Below, piece after piece: positions 38,268 through 47,247 of a stretch of 64,000 bases of DNA. Origin of the DNA: Escherichia phage vB-Eco-KMB43; sequence record OR525698.1. The stretch is one strand, 5' to 3'. The translations under genes and the position numbers were made by a program. Positions within the stretch are counted from its first letter, which is position 1. Each line of letters opens with the position of its first letter. The notes beneath the pieces are model-generated. The model ran no database searches. It saw only the letters and a list, made by a program, of their open reading frames with translations, and had not been told where the DNA came from.

Positions 38268-41200
38268 TTAAAGCGCCTAGTGTAACTAGCTTGACAATAG
38301 AAAAATTGTCTGCTAATCAGGCGTATATCACATGGGATGACGTAGGCGAAAACTTCTTTTATTTTGTGGAGTTAGCCGAAACCAGAACACGAGACGGGGA
38401 GATCATCCCCGTCGATGAGTTAAGCTGGGTAAACCTGGGATATACTGCCGACCAAAACTGGTTTGAGGATAAAAACCTTTTTCCAGAATATTATTACAAA
38501 TTTCGTGTAGCAGTAGCCGCAGAAGGATTTGAACAAAGTAAATGGATTGAAACCGAAGAGTTTCAGACATTTAAAACAAACGCATATAATTTTTCTATGA
38601 TGCGAGAGTTCAACCTTGCAAACGAGTTTATAAAGGAAAAATTTACATACGATAATCGAGAGTATGTCAAGTTTAATACCGACCTTATTCAAGCATCATT
38701 GATGAAGGAAGATTTTGTCTTTAGTCCTGAATATGCAAACATGACAAATATCTCAAACTACATTGTAGTTGATGAGAACTTTCATGAAATACAGGATCAC
38801 ATAGAAAAAGTTTGTATTGATATAAACCGCACTATGTTAGCGGAAATGAACGGTGTTTTGTACCTTTTCGAACGGTTCCAGCCGATTGTGAAAGTGTCAA
38901 ATGATAAAGGTCAATCATGGAAAGCATACAAGGCTTTTAATGACCGTGTAGGAAATCCGGTTTCCCGCACATGCGTTTATCAGTCTAAAACCACTACTTA
39001 CGTTTTAGGATATGACCGAATCTTTTACGGACGACAAGCTAGCGATACTCGATGGAGCGCGGACGATGTTCGATTTAGTGATGATACGATCACTTTTGCA
39101 AAGGTTGGTGACGAGAACGATTTAGGCTTTGACGTTGAGGTCTTTGGTGTATTTTCCAGATTAACAGGGGACACCACAAAATACGCCGAAGCTATGGCGT
39201 GCAGTGATGACTATTTGTGGGTTGGTGCTAAAGATGTTATTCGCCGGATTCGTCTTAAGAATACTCCAGTTGATACCGTACAGGGTTCGCCTACGTTTGG
39301 AGAAAAAATATTCGATCCTGATGTTATCCGAGTAACAGGAAATGATAAAGCTGTCATTCAGAAAATGGATGTGATCGACGGTAAATTGCTTGTATTTGTT
39401 ACTGGTGAAGTTAAACAGCGTTATCAAGATCCAACCAAACCAGAAAACGTTGTTCCGTCAGATGATGCGGGTGTATACTTAATAGGGAGTGATGGTCTGT
39501 CTTTTCAGAGAGTATTTGGCAACACTCCGCAGGAAAGGGAATATATTCAGCATGGGTTCAGTAATATGTCAACCAATGGTGATGAGGTGTTCATAAGCCA
39601 TTATAATCATCACTTCGAAAGCATTTTACCTGATCCAGAAACTGCCGAGAAATATGAATTGGGCGAAGCTGTAAAATATTCTCAGGAGCCAACTTATCTA
39701 ACTGATAAGAAAATACATCAAACGACTTTCAGAGCAAGTTATGATGATTTGCGTATTTGGGAATTAGGACCGCAAGCGTATTATAATGAGGCTGATTATA
39801 CATGGATGCGTCGAAACGGTGTTCGTGTATGGATCACAAATGATAATCGCCCGTTGGTTGTTTATCCAGAGGTTATCTATACTCAAGAAGTTGATACTTC
39901 CGGCATTCTTGATAAAAACAGAATTAACCGTGAAGTTTATGATAAAGGGACCGTGACCTGTTATCTTAACAATGTTAAATTTGAAGGATTTAAACAATAT
40001 GCATCCGGTGTAATGTTCCATAAAAACACGGGAGAGATCATAGGATTCTATCAATTTAACTATCGCGTTCGTGATCAGGTTGGTGTATATTGGAAACCTA
40101 CAAATGTAGCATTTGTTGCTGAATTGCAAAATCAGGTTCGAGAGGTTCCCTGGGTTCCGGTTCACTACGATCGAGAACAAGACCCAGATTTGCGACCTTT
40201 ACTGAATAAGATGACACCTGATAGCTTTTTACTTGAGAACGAAAATTTCAGAAAATTCTCTGAATATTATCTGCAATTCTTAAGTGATGGTTCAGGAACA
40301 TATTATAATAAACTAAAAAATCTGATTAAAAACAAATATCCACGCGAGCAAGATGCATATGAGTATCTTTGGTCAGAGATGAACAAACGAAACATCTATG
40401 CAGATAAAAACAAGCGAGATGCGGTCGTAAGATTCTTTGAATCCCGCAAATCAGATTTTTATTCCACTAAGGGCGTGGAGGCTTCTTATAAGTTCTTGTT
40501 TAAGTTACTTTATAATGAAGATGTGGAAATTGAGGTTGAATCACAAGCCGGACTAGAGTATGATATTGTTGTTAGTTCAACGAACATTGACGAGGATATC
40601 GTAGGTCGCACGATTTATACCACGACCGGACGGGCTAACGTGACTTATCTTGAAAGGGAATATGAAGGTGGACGTCTACGCTGGCGAGTAACCATTCATA
40701 ACCTGATCGGGCGGTTCGAAGAAGGTCAAGTGATCAAATCAGAGAAAACAGCGTTTGAAGGGATGATCCTTGTTGGTGTACGTGGTAAAGAGTTGCTGAG
40801 TAGTTCAATCGACTATATCAACCGATCACGAAGCCAATACACCATGAAGATTAAAAGTGCATTGCCAGTTTCGCGCTATGCAAATGATGTAATGCGATTC
40901 GTTCATCCTGTCGGCTTTGGGTTTATCGGTGTTACCCTGCTTACGATGTTCATTAACAGCGGGTTGAGCATGAAGCACACCGAGACTATAATTCAATCTC
41001 TGAAAAATTATAAGTTTGACAGCGGATTGCCTAGCGTGTATCCTGATCGGGTGGCAGACCTTGATGTTGATGGAAATATTAAGATTGACCCACTAACAGG
41101 GAAACCATTATACTTAACGTCACCGACAATTGGCGAAGAGTTCCCTGTTCCTCCTGAATATGATCAGGAGAACAGCGAATTGTTCCACGGACTTAAAGCA

Positions 41201-41350
41201 AGCGAACGAAGATTTGCAATGAGTCCACTGTTTGACCAGTCGGCGGTAACATTCTCTATGTTCCGTGAACTTGTAGATAAAAGGTTGAAGGATAATATAG
41301 GGAATCCACGCGATCCGAAGAATCCGACACAGAGGAAAATTAATGGCTAA
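38264..41350 (+). CDS. 7: baseplate wedge protein gp7
   Basis: 1028 aa (T4 gp7 is 1032 aa). Called by position. Confidence 0.9.
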   Translation: MIKAPSVTSLTIEKLSANQAYITWDDVGENFFYFVELAETRTRDGEIIPVDELSWVNLGYTADQNWFEDKNLFPEYYYKFRVAVAAEGFEQSKWIETEEFQTFKTNAYNFSMMREFNLANEFIKEKFTYDNREYVKFNTDLIQASLMKEDFVFSPEYANMTNISNYIVVDENFHEIQDHIEKVCIDINRTMLAEMNGVLYLFERFQPIVKVSNDKGQSWKAYKAFNDRVGNPVSRTCVYQSKTTTYVLGYDRIFYGRQASDTRWSADDVRFSDDTITFAKVGDENDLGFDVEVFGVFSRLTGDTTKYAEAMACSDDYLWVGAKDVIRRIRLKNTPVDTVQGSPTFGEKIFDPDVIRVTGNDKAVIQKMDVIDGKLLVFVTGEVKQRYQDPTKPENVVPSDDAGVYLIGSDGLSFQRVFGNTPQEREYIQHGFSNMSTNGDEVFISHYNHHFESILPDPETAEKYELGEAVKYSQEPTYLTDKKIHQTTFRASYDDLRIWELGPQAYYNEADYTWMRRNGVRVWITNDNRPLVVYPEVIYTQEVDTSGILDKNRINREVYDKGTVTCYLNNVKFEGFKQYASGVMFHKNTGEIIGFYQFNYRVRDQVGVYWKPTNVAFVAELQNQVREVPWVPVHYDREQDPDLRPLLNKMTPDSFLLENENFRKFSEYYLQFLSDGSGTYYNKLKNLIKNKYPREQDAYEYLWSEMNKRNIYADKNKRDAVVRFFESRKSDFYSTKGVEASYKFLFKLLYNEDVEIEVESQAGLEYDIVVSSTNIDEDIVGRTIYTTTGRANVTYLEREYEGGRLRWRVTIHNLIGRFEEGQVIKSEKTAFEGMILVGVRGKELLSSSIDYINRSRSQYTMKIKSALPVSRYANDVMRFVHPVGFGFIGVTLLTMFINSGLSMKHTETIIQSLKNYKFDSGLPSVYPDRVADLDVDGNIKIDPLTGKPLYLTSPTIGEEFPVPPEYDQENSELFHGLKASERRFAMSPLFDQSAVTFSMFRELVDKRLKDNIGNPRDPKNPTQRKING

Positions 41351-42338
41351 TGAAAATAGTGTGATCTATCGCTCAATCATTACTAGCAAATTCAGAACAG
41401 AAAAACTTCTGAACTTCTATAATTCTGTAGGCGATGGAGCAAATCAAATTACAATTTATGGAACGTTTGGACGTTCGGAGCCGTGGTCAGAAAACGAAAA
41501 AGAGGTGGGCTTTGCCCCACCTTATCCGACCGATTCAACGGCTGGTGTTGTTGACATGTGGACCCATATGATGGGGGCGGTTAAGATTAACAAATCACTT
41601 CTTGATGCGGTTATCCCTCGTAAAGATTGGGGTGATACCGGACAGGATAACCCGCGCACGTTCTTTATCAATGACATTGTTGTCGTAAACTCAGCACCAT
41701 ATAACCGTACAGATGTTGGTAGCGGCTGGATGGTTTACCGTGTAACTGATGTTCCTGATCGCGGTTACTGCTCGATTTCAAGCATTGACGCTAAAGTAGA
41801 GTGTTTGAAGTTGGGCGGAAAGTGGACACCTACCCATGAATCAATTGCGCCACCTGTAGGAAAGGGCGATTCTATTGATATGGGTGATGGGTATCGTTGG
41901 GAATATCTGTACACAATTCCGCCTGATGCGGCGATCAACCGTTGCACCAATGAACATATTGTTGTACCGTTCCCCGATGAACTGCGACAAGATCCGGCGC
42001 GTTGGGGCTATGACAATGTGATCACCTGGTATAATGACTATAATCTGCTTTATCGGCTGAAAGTAGTAACTTTGCGTTTTCAGGCTTATATGGACTCTGC
42101 GCAATTCCCAACTACCGCGTTAGTGGGTAATACTGGTTTCCGTCAGTTAAGCATTATCCTTAACCCATTGGAAAAGAAAGCACGCCCTAGCGATCCAGAC
42201 GTTAAAGCGGTTAAATATAAGTACCGACCGCAAGACTTAGAGCCACACTCAGGAGAAATGATCTACATGGAAAACCGACAACCTATCGTTCGGTCATTAG
42301 ACCAAACAGAACTTGTTTCTGTATTGTTTGAGTTCTAA
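41343..42338 (+). CDS. 8: baseplate wedge protein gp8
   Basis: SVIYR.I.TSKFRTEK.LNFYNS...FGRSEPWS.NE.EVGFAPPYPTDS is nearly collinear with recalled T4 gp8. Confidence 0.95.
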   Translation: MANENSVIYRSIITSKFRTEKLLNFYNSVGDGANQITIYGTFGRSEPWSENEKEVGFAPPYPTDSTAGVVDMWTHMMGAVKINKSLLDAVIPRKDWGDTGQDNPRTFFINDIVVVNSAPYNRTDVGSGWMVYRVTDVPDRGYCSISSIDAKVECLKLGGKWTPTHESIAPPVGKGDSIDMGDGYRWEYLYTIPPDAAINRCTNEHIVVPFPDELRQDPARWGYDNVITWYNDYNLLYRLKVVTLRFQAYMDSAQFPTTALVGNTGFRQLSIILNPLEKKARPSDPDVKAVKYKYRPQDLEPHSGEMIYMENRQPIVRSLDQTELVSVLFEF

Positions 42339-42350
42339 GTGTATGATTTT

Positions 42351-42379
42351 AAAAGCCAATTCGAGAGAGTTGGCTTTTT
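42351..42379 (+). terminator. intrinsic terminator after gene 8
   Basis: AGCCAA-TTCGAGAGAG-TTGGCT followed by TTTTCCATTTTT. Confidence 0.75.
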
Positions 42380-42391
42380 CCATTTTTGGTG

Positions 42392-42419
42392 TTGACAATA
42401 TTATTTGGTAAGGTATAAT
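42392..42419 (+). promoter_or_regulatory. sigma70-type early promoter cassette on the plus strand inside the late baseplate module
   Basis: TTGACA-16-TATAAT. The leader GCTCACATCTAAACAACGGAGGATAAATTATG closely resembles the minus-strand cassettes at 2484 and 6221. Confidence 0.8.
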
Positions 42420-42448
42420 GCTCACATCTAAACAACGGAGGATAAATT

Positions 42449-42706
42449 ATGGCACGTCGTAAATTTACAGATAATTGTGAAGCAATTCAGGTATCCCCTT
42501 GCGGTTGGTATGTGATCGCGAACGGTGAAAAGATCGGAGAGATCATCGATCATACTCATTCATCACTAGCCGATTACACCGATGAACTATGGGAGGGTAT
42601 CAACTTCATGAATGACACTAAACGATTCAAGACTATCGACGAAGCTATCTATTTTGTGTATAATCCAACTTTCGGTATGTGGGGAACTAGAAAATGGCAC
42701 GCGTAA
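42449..42706 (+). CDS. hypothetical protein (85 aa), first gene of an inserted early cassette
   Basis: ATG follows GGAGGATAAATT, behind sigma70 promoter 42392..42419. Confidence 0.55.
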   Translation: MARRKFTDNCEAIQVSPCGWYVIANGEKIGEIIDHTHSSLADYTDELWEGINFMNDTKRFKTIDEAIYFVYNPTFGMWGTRKWHA

Positions 42707-43023
42707 ATATTAAACTGCATTATACAATGGGTAAACCAAAACATCCAATGCATAAAGTGTTTTGGGGCTTGCATCTTCAAGAAAAATGGCATGATAACTA
42801 TTGGTTTTGTGACCATGATAAGAAGTGGCATTCTCAAGATGAAGTTAATGCGATGATGGAACATGGTATAAAATTTAATTACTCTAATTATGACCATAGC
42901 ATTACTTGTATTCGAAAATTGAAACGGTTTATTCGAAAGAATCCGCAATTTAAAAACTTTGTGTTCTTTATGTCTCATGTTTATTTGGGGCATAGCGTTA
43001 CCGTAACAGCAAAGGTTAAATAA
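42694..43023 (+). CDS. hypothetical His/Trp-rich protein (109 aa)
   Basis: Overlaps the upstream gene by 13 nt and the downstream gene by 1 nt. Confidence 0.55.
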   Translation: MARVNIKLHYTMGKPKHPMHKVFWGLHLQEKWHDNYWFCDHDKKWHSQDEVNAMMEHGIKFNYSNYDHSITCIRKLKRFIRKNPQFKNFVFFMSHVYLGHSVTVTAKVK

Positions 43024-43862
43024 TGGCACGACTTTCTAAACAAGAGCAAAAATTACACGATCGGGCGATGGAGCTAATCAATTCAGATCGCCCATTGACC
43101 TATGAAGAAAAAGAATTTTGCTATAACAACTATCATGGCGATGGGCTAGGTGGTTCCGGTGCATTCTTTACCCCAGAAGGGCTTGCCTGGGATTTTACCA
43201 TTGATGCACACTGCACCGGAAAAGTATTGGACCTTTGTGCTGGGATCGGTCGTTTATCTTTTTGTATGTTGCATCGCTGTAAGCCAGAAAAGATCGTATG
43301 CGTCGAACTCAATCCAGAATTTGCGAGGATTGGCAAGCGACTATTACCGGAGGCAGAATGGATCACCAGCGATGTATTCGAATTTGAGTCAAACGAGAAA
43401 TTCGATGTTGTAATTAGCAATCCACCTTTCGGGAAAATCAATACAACCGACACAAAGGATGTATTTGAGTACACTGGCGGCGAATTTGAATTTAAGGTTA
43501 TGACATTAGGCCAGAAGTTTGCCGATGTAGGTTATTTTATTGTTCCTACTGGTTCCGCTGGTTTTGCCTATTCCGGTAGACCTTATTATGATGGATCAGT
43601 GAAGTCTAATAAATATCTAAAATGGAGCAAACAAACTGGTTTGGTGACTTATGCCGGATGTGGGATCGATACATCAATCTATCGCGATGAATGGCACAGT
43701 ACCAACGTTTTAACAGAAGTGGTTGAGGTTCGGTATTACGAGAAAGAAGCCGTAGAAGCGCCTAAATCGCGTCCTAACGAACAAATAGAAGAAAGTAAGG
43801 AGATTACCTTACCGGAACAAGAAACAGCGTCTGGGACGCTCTCAGACTTGTTTGACATTTAA
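43023..43862 (+). CDS. SAM-dependent methyltransferase with an NPPF motif (probable N6-adenine DNA MTase, gamma-type order)
   Basis: Motif I VLDLCAGIGRLSF is followed by motif IV DVVISNPPFGK. Acidic C-terminal tail. Confidence 0.7.
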   Translation: MARLSKQEQKLHDRAMELINSDRPLTYEEKEFCYNNYHGDGLGGSGAFFTPEGLAWDFTIDAHCTGKVLDLCAGIGRLSFCMLHRCKPEKIVCVELNPEFARIGKRLLPEAEWITSDVFEFESNEKFDVVISNPPFGKINTTDTKDVFEYTGGEFEFKVMTLGQKFADVGYFIVPTGSAGFAYSGRPYYDGSVKSNKYLKWSKQTGLVTYAGCGIDTSIYRDEWHSTNVLTEVVEVRYYEKEAVEAPKSRPNEQIEESKEITLPEQETASGTLSDLFDI

Positions 43863-43866
43863 TTAT

Positions 43867-43892
43867 AAGCCGTCCTCGTGGGCGGCTTTTTT
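43867..43892 (+). terminator. intrinsic terminator after the methyltransferase cassette
   Basis: AAGCCGTCC-TCGTG-GGCGGCTT followed by TTTTGT. Confidence 0.75.
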
Positions 43893-43902
43893 GTATGTAT
43901 TT

Positions 43903-43910
43903 TATAAATA
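43903..43910 (+). promoter_or_regulatory. late promoter TATAAATA for gene 9
   Basis: Exact motif 28 nt upstream of ATG 43938, just after terminator 43867..43892. Confidence 0.75.
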
Positions 43911-43937
43911 ATACATCATAACATGAGGAATTAAACA

Positions 43938-44792
43938 ATGGCACAAGTTCCAAAGAAAAGAATAGACACAGGTACGGTCGGCAATCCATCGACTGGCGAT
44001 ATCTTATATGATGGCGGTAATAAAATTAACGATAACTTTGATTCAATATATGACGCATTTGCTGATCAACGTCTAAAAGAGATTGATCATGGTGCTGGTC
44101 GAATGATTATTCATGCCACGGGATACTATCAGAAACACCCACGACAAAGCTATGCAGGATCGGCGGTAGAGATTGGTAGCTTACATGATATTGACACAAC
44201 TCAAGGCGCATTAATAGCAATTCTTCCTAAAGCTAAAGTTGGTGAGGGTGTTGTGTTCATAAATAGTAACGGTAGCTTTTCGGCAACAACACCACTAAAC
44301 ATTAGAACTCAAGCAGGAGATTCTATTAGCGGGTATTCCGGTGACGCGGTAATAACTCAACCTTTCTCAAAAGTCACCGTCTGGTGTACTGCCGTCGAAG
44401 GTAGTAGAGTTACCTGGCGGCTGGGCATCGAAAGTATGTTTACCGACACAACCACACCACTAGATAGGACAGTTAATGTAACTGGAGTTGCAACCAACGT
44501 TGCTATTGCAGCAAAAACAGAATATGTATCAATTAAACTATTAACAACCGCTAGCAATACGACGGGTTCAAAAATGCGCTCAAGCGAAACTCTATTGATG
44601 ATTGATGCCAGAGCCGGAAAAGTTTACGCGACAGAATATGCGGTTTTACAGAAAACAGAAGACGAATTATACACGGTTCGTTATTTCATTGGTTCCGGCG
44701 ATAAAGTATATGCAGAGTATAAGGCTACTGGCGAAAATATTCGTTTAGCAGTTAAAGCCACAGACACTATTAAAATCGGGGTTGCTACATGA
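43938..44792 (+). CDS. 9: baseplate wedge / long-tail-fibre socket gp9
   Basis: IDTG..GN.STGDIL.DGGNKIN..F..IY.AF.DQR and the IGVA. C-terminus match recalled T4 gp9. Confidence 0.9.
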   Translation: MAQVPKKRIDTGTVGNPSTGDILYDGGNKINDNFDSIYDAFADQRLKEIDHGAGRMIIHATGYYQKHPRQSYAGSAVEIGSLHDIDTTQGALIAILPKAKVGEGVVFINSNGSFSATTPLNIRTQAGDSISGYSGDAVITQPFSKVTVWCTAVEGSRVTWRLGIESMFTDTTTPLDRTVNVTGVATNVAIAAKTEYVSIKLLTTASNTTGSKMRSSETLLMIDARAGKVYATEYAVLQKTEDELYTVRYFIGSGDKVYAEYKATGENIRLAVKATDTIKIGVAT

Positions 44793-46591
44793 AACAATTA
44801 ATTAATATCGGTAACGTTGTTGATGACGGTACTGGTGATTATCTAAGAAAAGGCGGTCAAAAGATCAACGACAACTTTTCTGAACTTTATACTAAGCTGG
44901 GGGACGGCGATACCCCCCACGCATCCGGTGCATGGAAAACGCATACAGCGCCATTATTAAAGCCTAATTTTGGGGATGCGTGGGCTATCAATACAACAAA
45001 CAACGCGGTGTCGGTAGAGCTTCCTAAAGGTGGAGTTGGTGATTATAACAAGACAATTAAACTTCGTGATGTTTGGCGCTCGTGGGCGTCTCATAACGTA
45101 ACACTTAAGCCAGCACAAGGCGATACAATTAAAGGATCACCAATTGACCGAGAATTGTATAAAGATTTTATGGATGTTGAACTGGTTTATTGTGCGCCTG
45201 GGCGCTGGGAATATATCGAAAACAAGCGAGTTGACACGATCACCACGTCTGACCTAAGCACAGTAGCTAAGGAAGTTTATATTGCCACAGAAGGGCAAAC
45301 AGATTTCCCTAATGTATTTGGTTCTAACACATATAACACTCGAAATGTTGAAGTATATTATCGAGGAAACCTTTTATATTATGGTAAGTCTTTTAGTAAT
45401 GACTCTAACTACGGTTCAATTGGTGAGGATGGATCACTTGTTGAACTTGATGGCAAAAGCATAAAACTTCGTTTTCCTTGTTCGGCTGGGGACACCGTTC
45501 AAATTATTACATACATGGACGGAATTGCATCATTCCGATCTAGTTATATCACACACACAATTAGAGTGTATGATACCGGAATGACAGCACTAGAAACTAT
45601 TCCGGGTGAAGTGTGGGTAGGTGATTTATCGACGAAAAAAGAATTTACCAATGCTGATTTGGGAGTTAGTAAACGTGATATAATTAACCCAAATTCATTT
45701 GAGTTATTAATAAATGGTACTCAAATGATTAAAGCTGGTGATGCTGATCTTCCTTCGTTTGTCTGTGAAGGTGCTGACGGAGAAACCGAAGAGAGTTGCG
45801 CACTTGCTGGCGGTCAGTGGGTACAGTCTGGAGAAGATTATTCACTGGTATTTGATGAGAATAGCATTGTAACAGGGATTAAATTAGCTAAAGCGTTGGA
45901 CAATAGAGATACTATAACAATTCGTTGGTTTAATAACGATATCGGAACTCTATTAGAATGGGATGGTGTCGGCGGAATTAAAGAAAAAGCAGACAAGATT
46001 TATCTCAATAACGAAGACGAAGTTAATTTAACAAAACAAATTGAATATACAGACTTCCAGAATCCTAGTCAGAAAAACACTCGTCCGGCAGAAGAGTATT
46101 CAGGTCGAATTATGGATATATATTCACTGTTTGATATTTTTCATCCGGTCGGCACGATATACGAAAACGCACATAACCCAGCTAACCCAGCGACCTATAT
46201 GGGGTTTGGTATCTGGGTTCGGTATGCGGAAGGAGAATTTCTTGCTGGTTGGTCTTCCGATGCCAGCGACCAGAATTTTGCATTAAACAATAACGATCTT
46301 GATATTCATGGACAACCTACACACACCGCTGGTGGTACTGGTGGTGAAGTTGCCTATCAAATCAAGAAAGATATGATTCCTGAATTACAATCCAGCGATC
46401 GTGTTTTGGTGAAAGACGATACAGGGTCAATTATCATTGGTGGCTGTCAAGTTGATCCTGATGCGGCAGGTCCAGCGTTTACGAAATATAGAGAGGATAT
46501 CGTAAAAGTTAATTCTGGAAATGCCGATCCATCAATGATGGGTATTCTTCCTCCATATCGCACCGTTCATCGCTGGTTAAGGGTAGGTTAA
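44789..46591 (+). CDS. 10: baseplate wedge / tail pin gp10
   Basis: 600 aa (T4 gp10 is 602 aa). GDYLRKGGQKINDNF N-terminal motif. Position supports the call. Confidence 0.9.
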   Translation: MKQLINIGNVVDDGTGDYLRKGGQKINDNFSELYTKLGDGDTPHASGAWKTHTAPLLKPNFGDAWAINTTNNAVSVELPKGGVGDYNKTIKLRDVWRSWASHNVTLKPAQGDTIKGSPIDRELYKDFMDVELVYCAPGRWEYIENKRVDTITTSDLSTVAKEVYIATEGQTDFPNVFGSNTYNTRNVEVYYRGNLLYYGKSFSNDSNYGSIGEDGSLVELDGKSIKLRFPCSAGDTVQIITYMDGIASFRSSYITHTIRVYDTGMTALETIPGEVWVGDLSTKKEFTNADLGVSKRDIINPNSFELLINGTQMIKAGDADLPSFVCEGADGETEESCALAGGQWVQSGEDYSLVFDENSIVTGIKLAKALDNRDTITIRWFNNDIGTLLEWDGVGGIKEKADKIYLNNEDEVNLTKQIEYTDFQNPSQKNTRPAEEYSGRIMDIYSLFDIFHPVGTIYENAHNPANPATYMGFGIWVRYAEGEFLAGWSSDASDQNFALNNNDLDIHGQPTHTAGGTGGEVAYQIKKDMIPELQSSDRVLVKDDTGSIIIGGCQVDPDAAGPAFTKYREDIVKVNSGNADPSMMGILPPYRTVHRWLRVG

Positions 46592-46592
46592 T

Positions 46593-47237
46593 ATGATTTC
46601 TAAAACACGTTCTAAAGCAAGCGTATTTTCTAGCGACGCAGCATTCATTTCATACGATCCGGGGTCGAAAGACCCCATTATTGGTGACATTCGCCCAATT
46701 GGTGGATTAAACGTAGACCAATCTCGCAAAGGTTCTTTTATTAACAACGTACAATCAGCCATTGATGATTTGTATAGCATTTCTATGCTTAATGTCGGTG
46801 ATGTATTGGTAACTACAAATTCAACTCCACCGGAAGCGGCGGGACAAATAGAAACTCTTTCTTTCACTGGAACGGTAACAAATAAACACGATCCAGCCGC
46901 GACAAAAGTTGTAATTGAAGTTTTGGGTTATCCATTTGTTGTTAATGTTGGAACATCGAATGTTGCATTATGCGAAATGGTCACAACAAAATTTACTGAA
47001 TTGAAAGACAAAAGTATCTTATTCTCTAGAGTTGAGAGGAAAGGTACTGGCAACGATAAAATAGAGATTCAGTATATTGATTCAAATGCACACGAAGCAA
47101 CGGTCGTAGAAAAATATGGTATTAGCGTTCGTGGGGAAATAAATTCCCCTGCTCGTTATGGTTATGGTGCATGGTCCAGAATGGGAACGGAAGAAAAATT
47201 TGGTTCAACACTATTTTATTTTAAGCGTATTGCGTAA
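46593..47237 (+). CDS. 11: baseplate wedge / short-tail-fibre interface gp11
   Basis: 214 aa. C-terminal YGYGAW...FYFKRIA resembles T4 PGYGTW...FYHFERTA. Confidence 0.85.
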   Translation: MISKTRSKASVFSSDAAFISYDPGSKDPIIGDIRPIGGLNVDQSRKGSFINNVQSAIDDLYSISMLNVGDVLVTTNSTPPEAAGQIETLSFTGTVTNKHDPAATKVVIEVLGYPFVVNVGTSNVALCEMVTTKFTELKDKSILFSRVERKGTGNDKIEIQYIDSNAHEATVVEKYGISVRGEINSPARYGYGAWSRMGTEEKFGSTLFYFKRIA

Positions 47238-47247
47238 GGTGTAAATT

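Noticed and set aside
42449-43946. The shared MAR/MAQ N-termini (ATGGCAC...) of the three inserted ORFs and of gene 9, considered as a possible repeat or recombination scar.
   Set aside because: Only 7 to 8 nt are shared (ATGGCAC[GA]). This is explained by a preference for Ala at codon 2 and is too short to support any claim.
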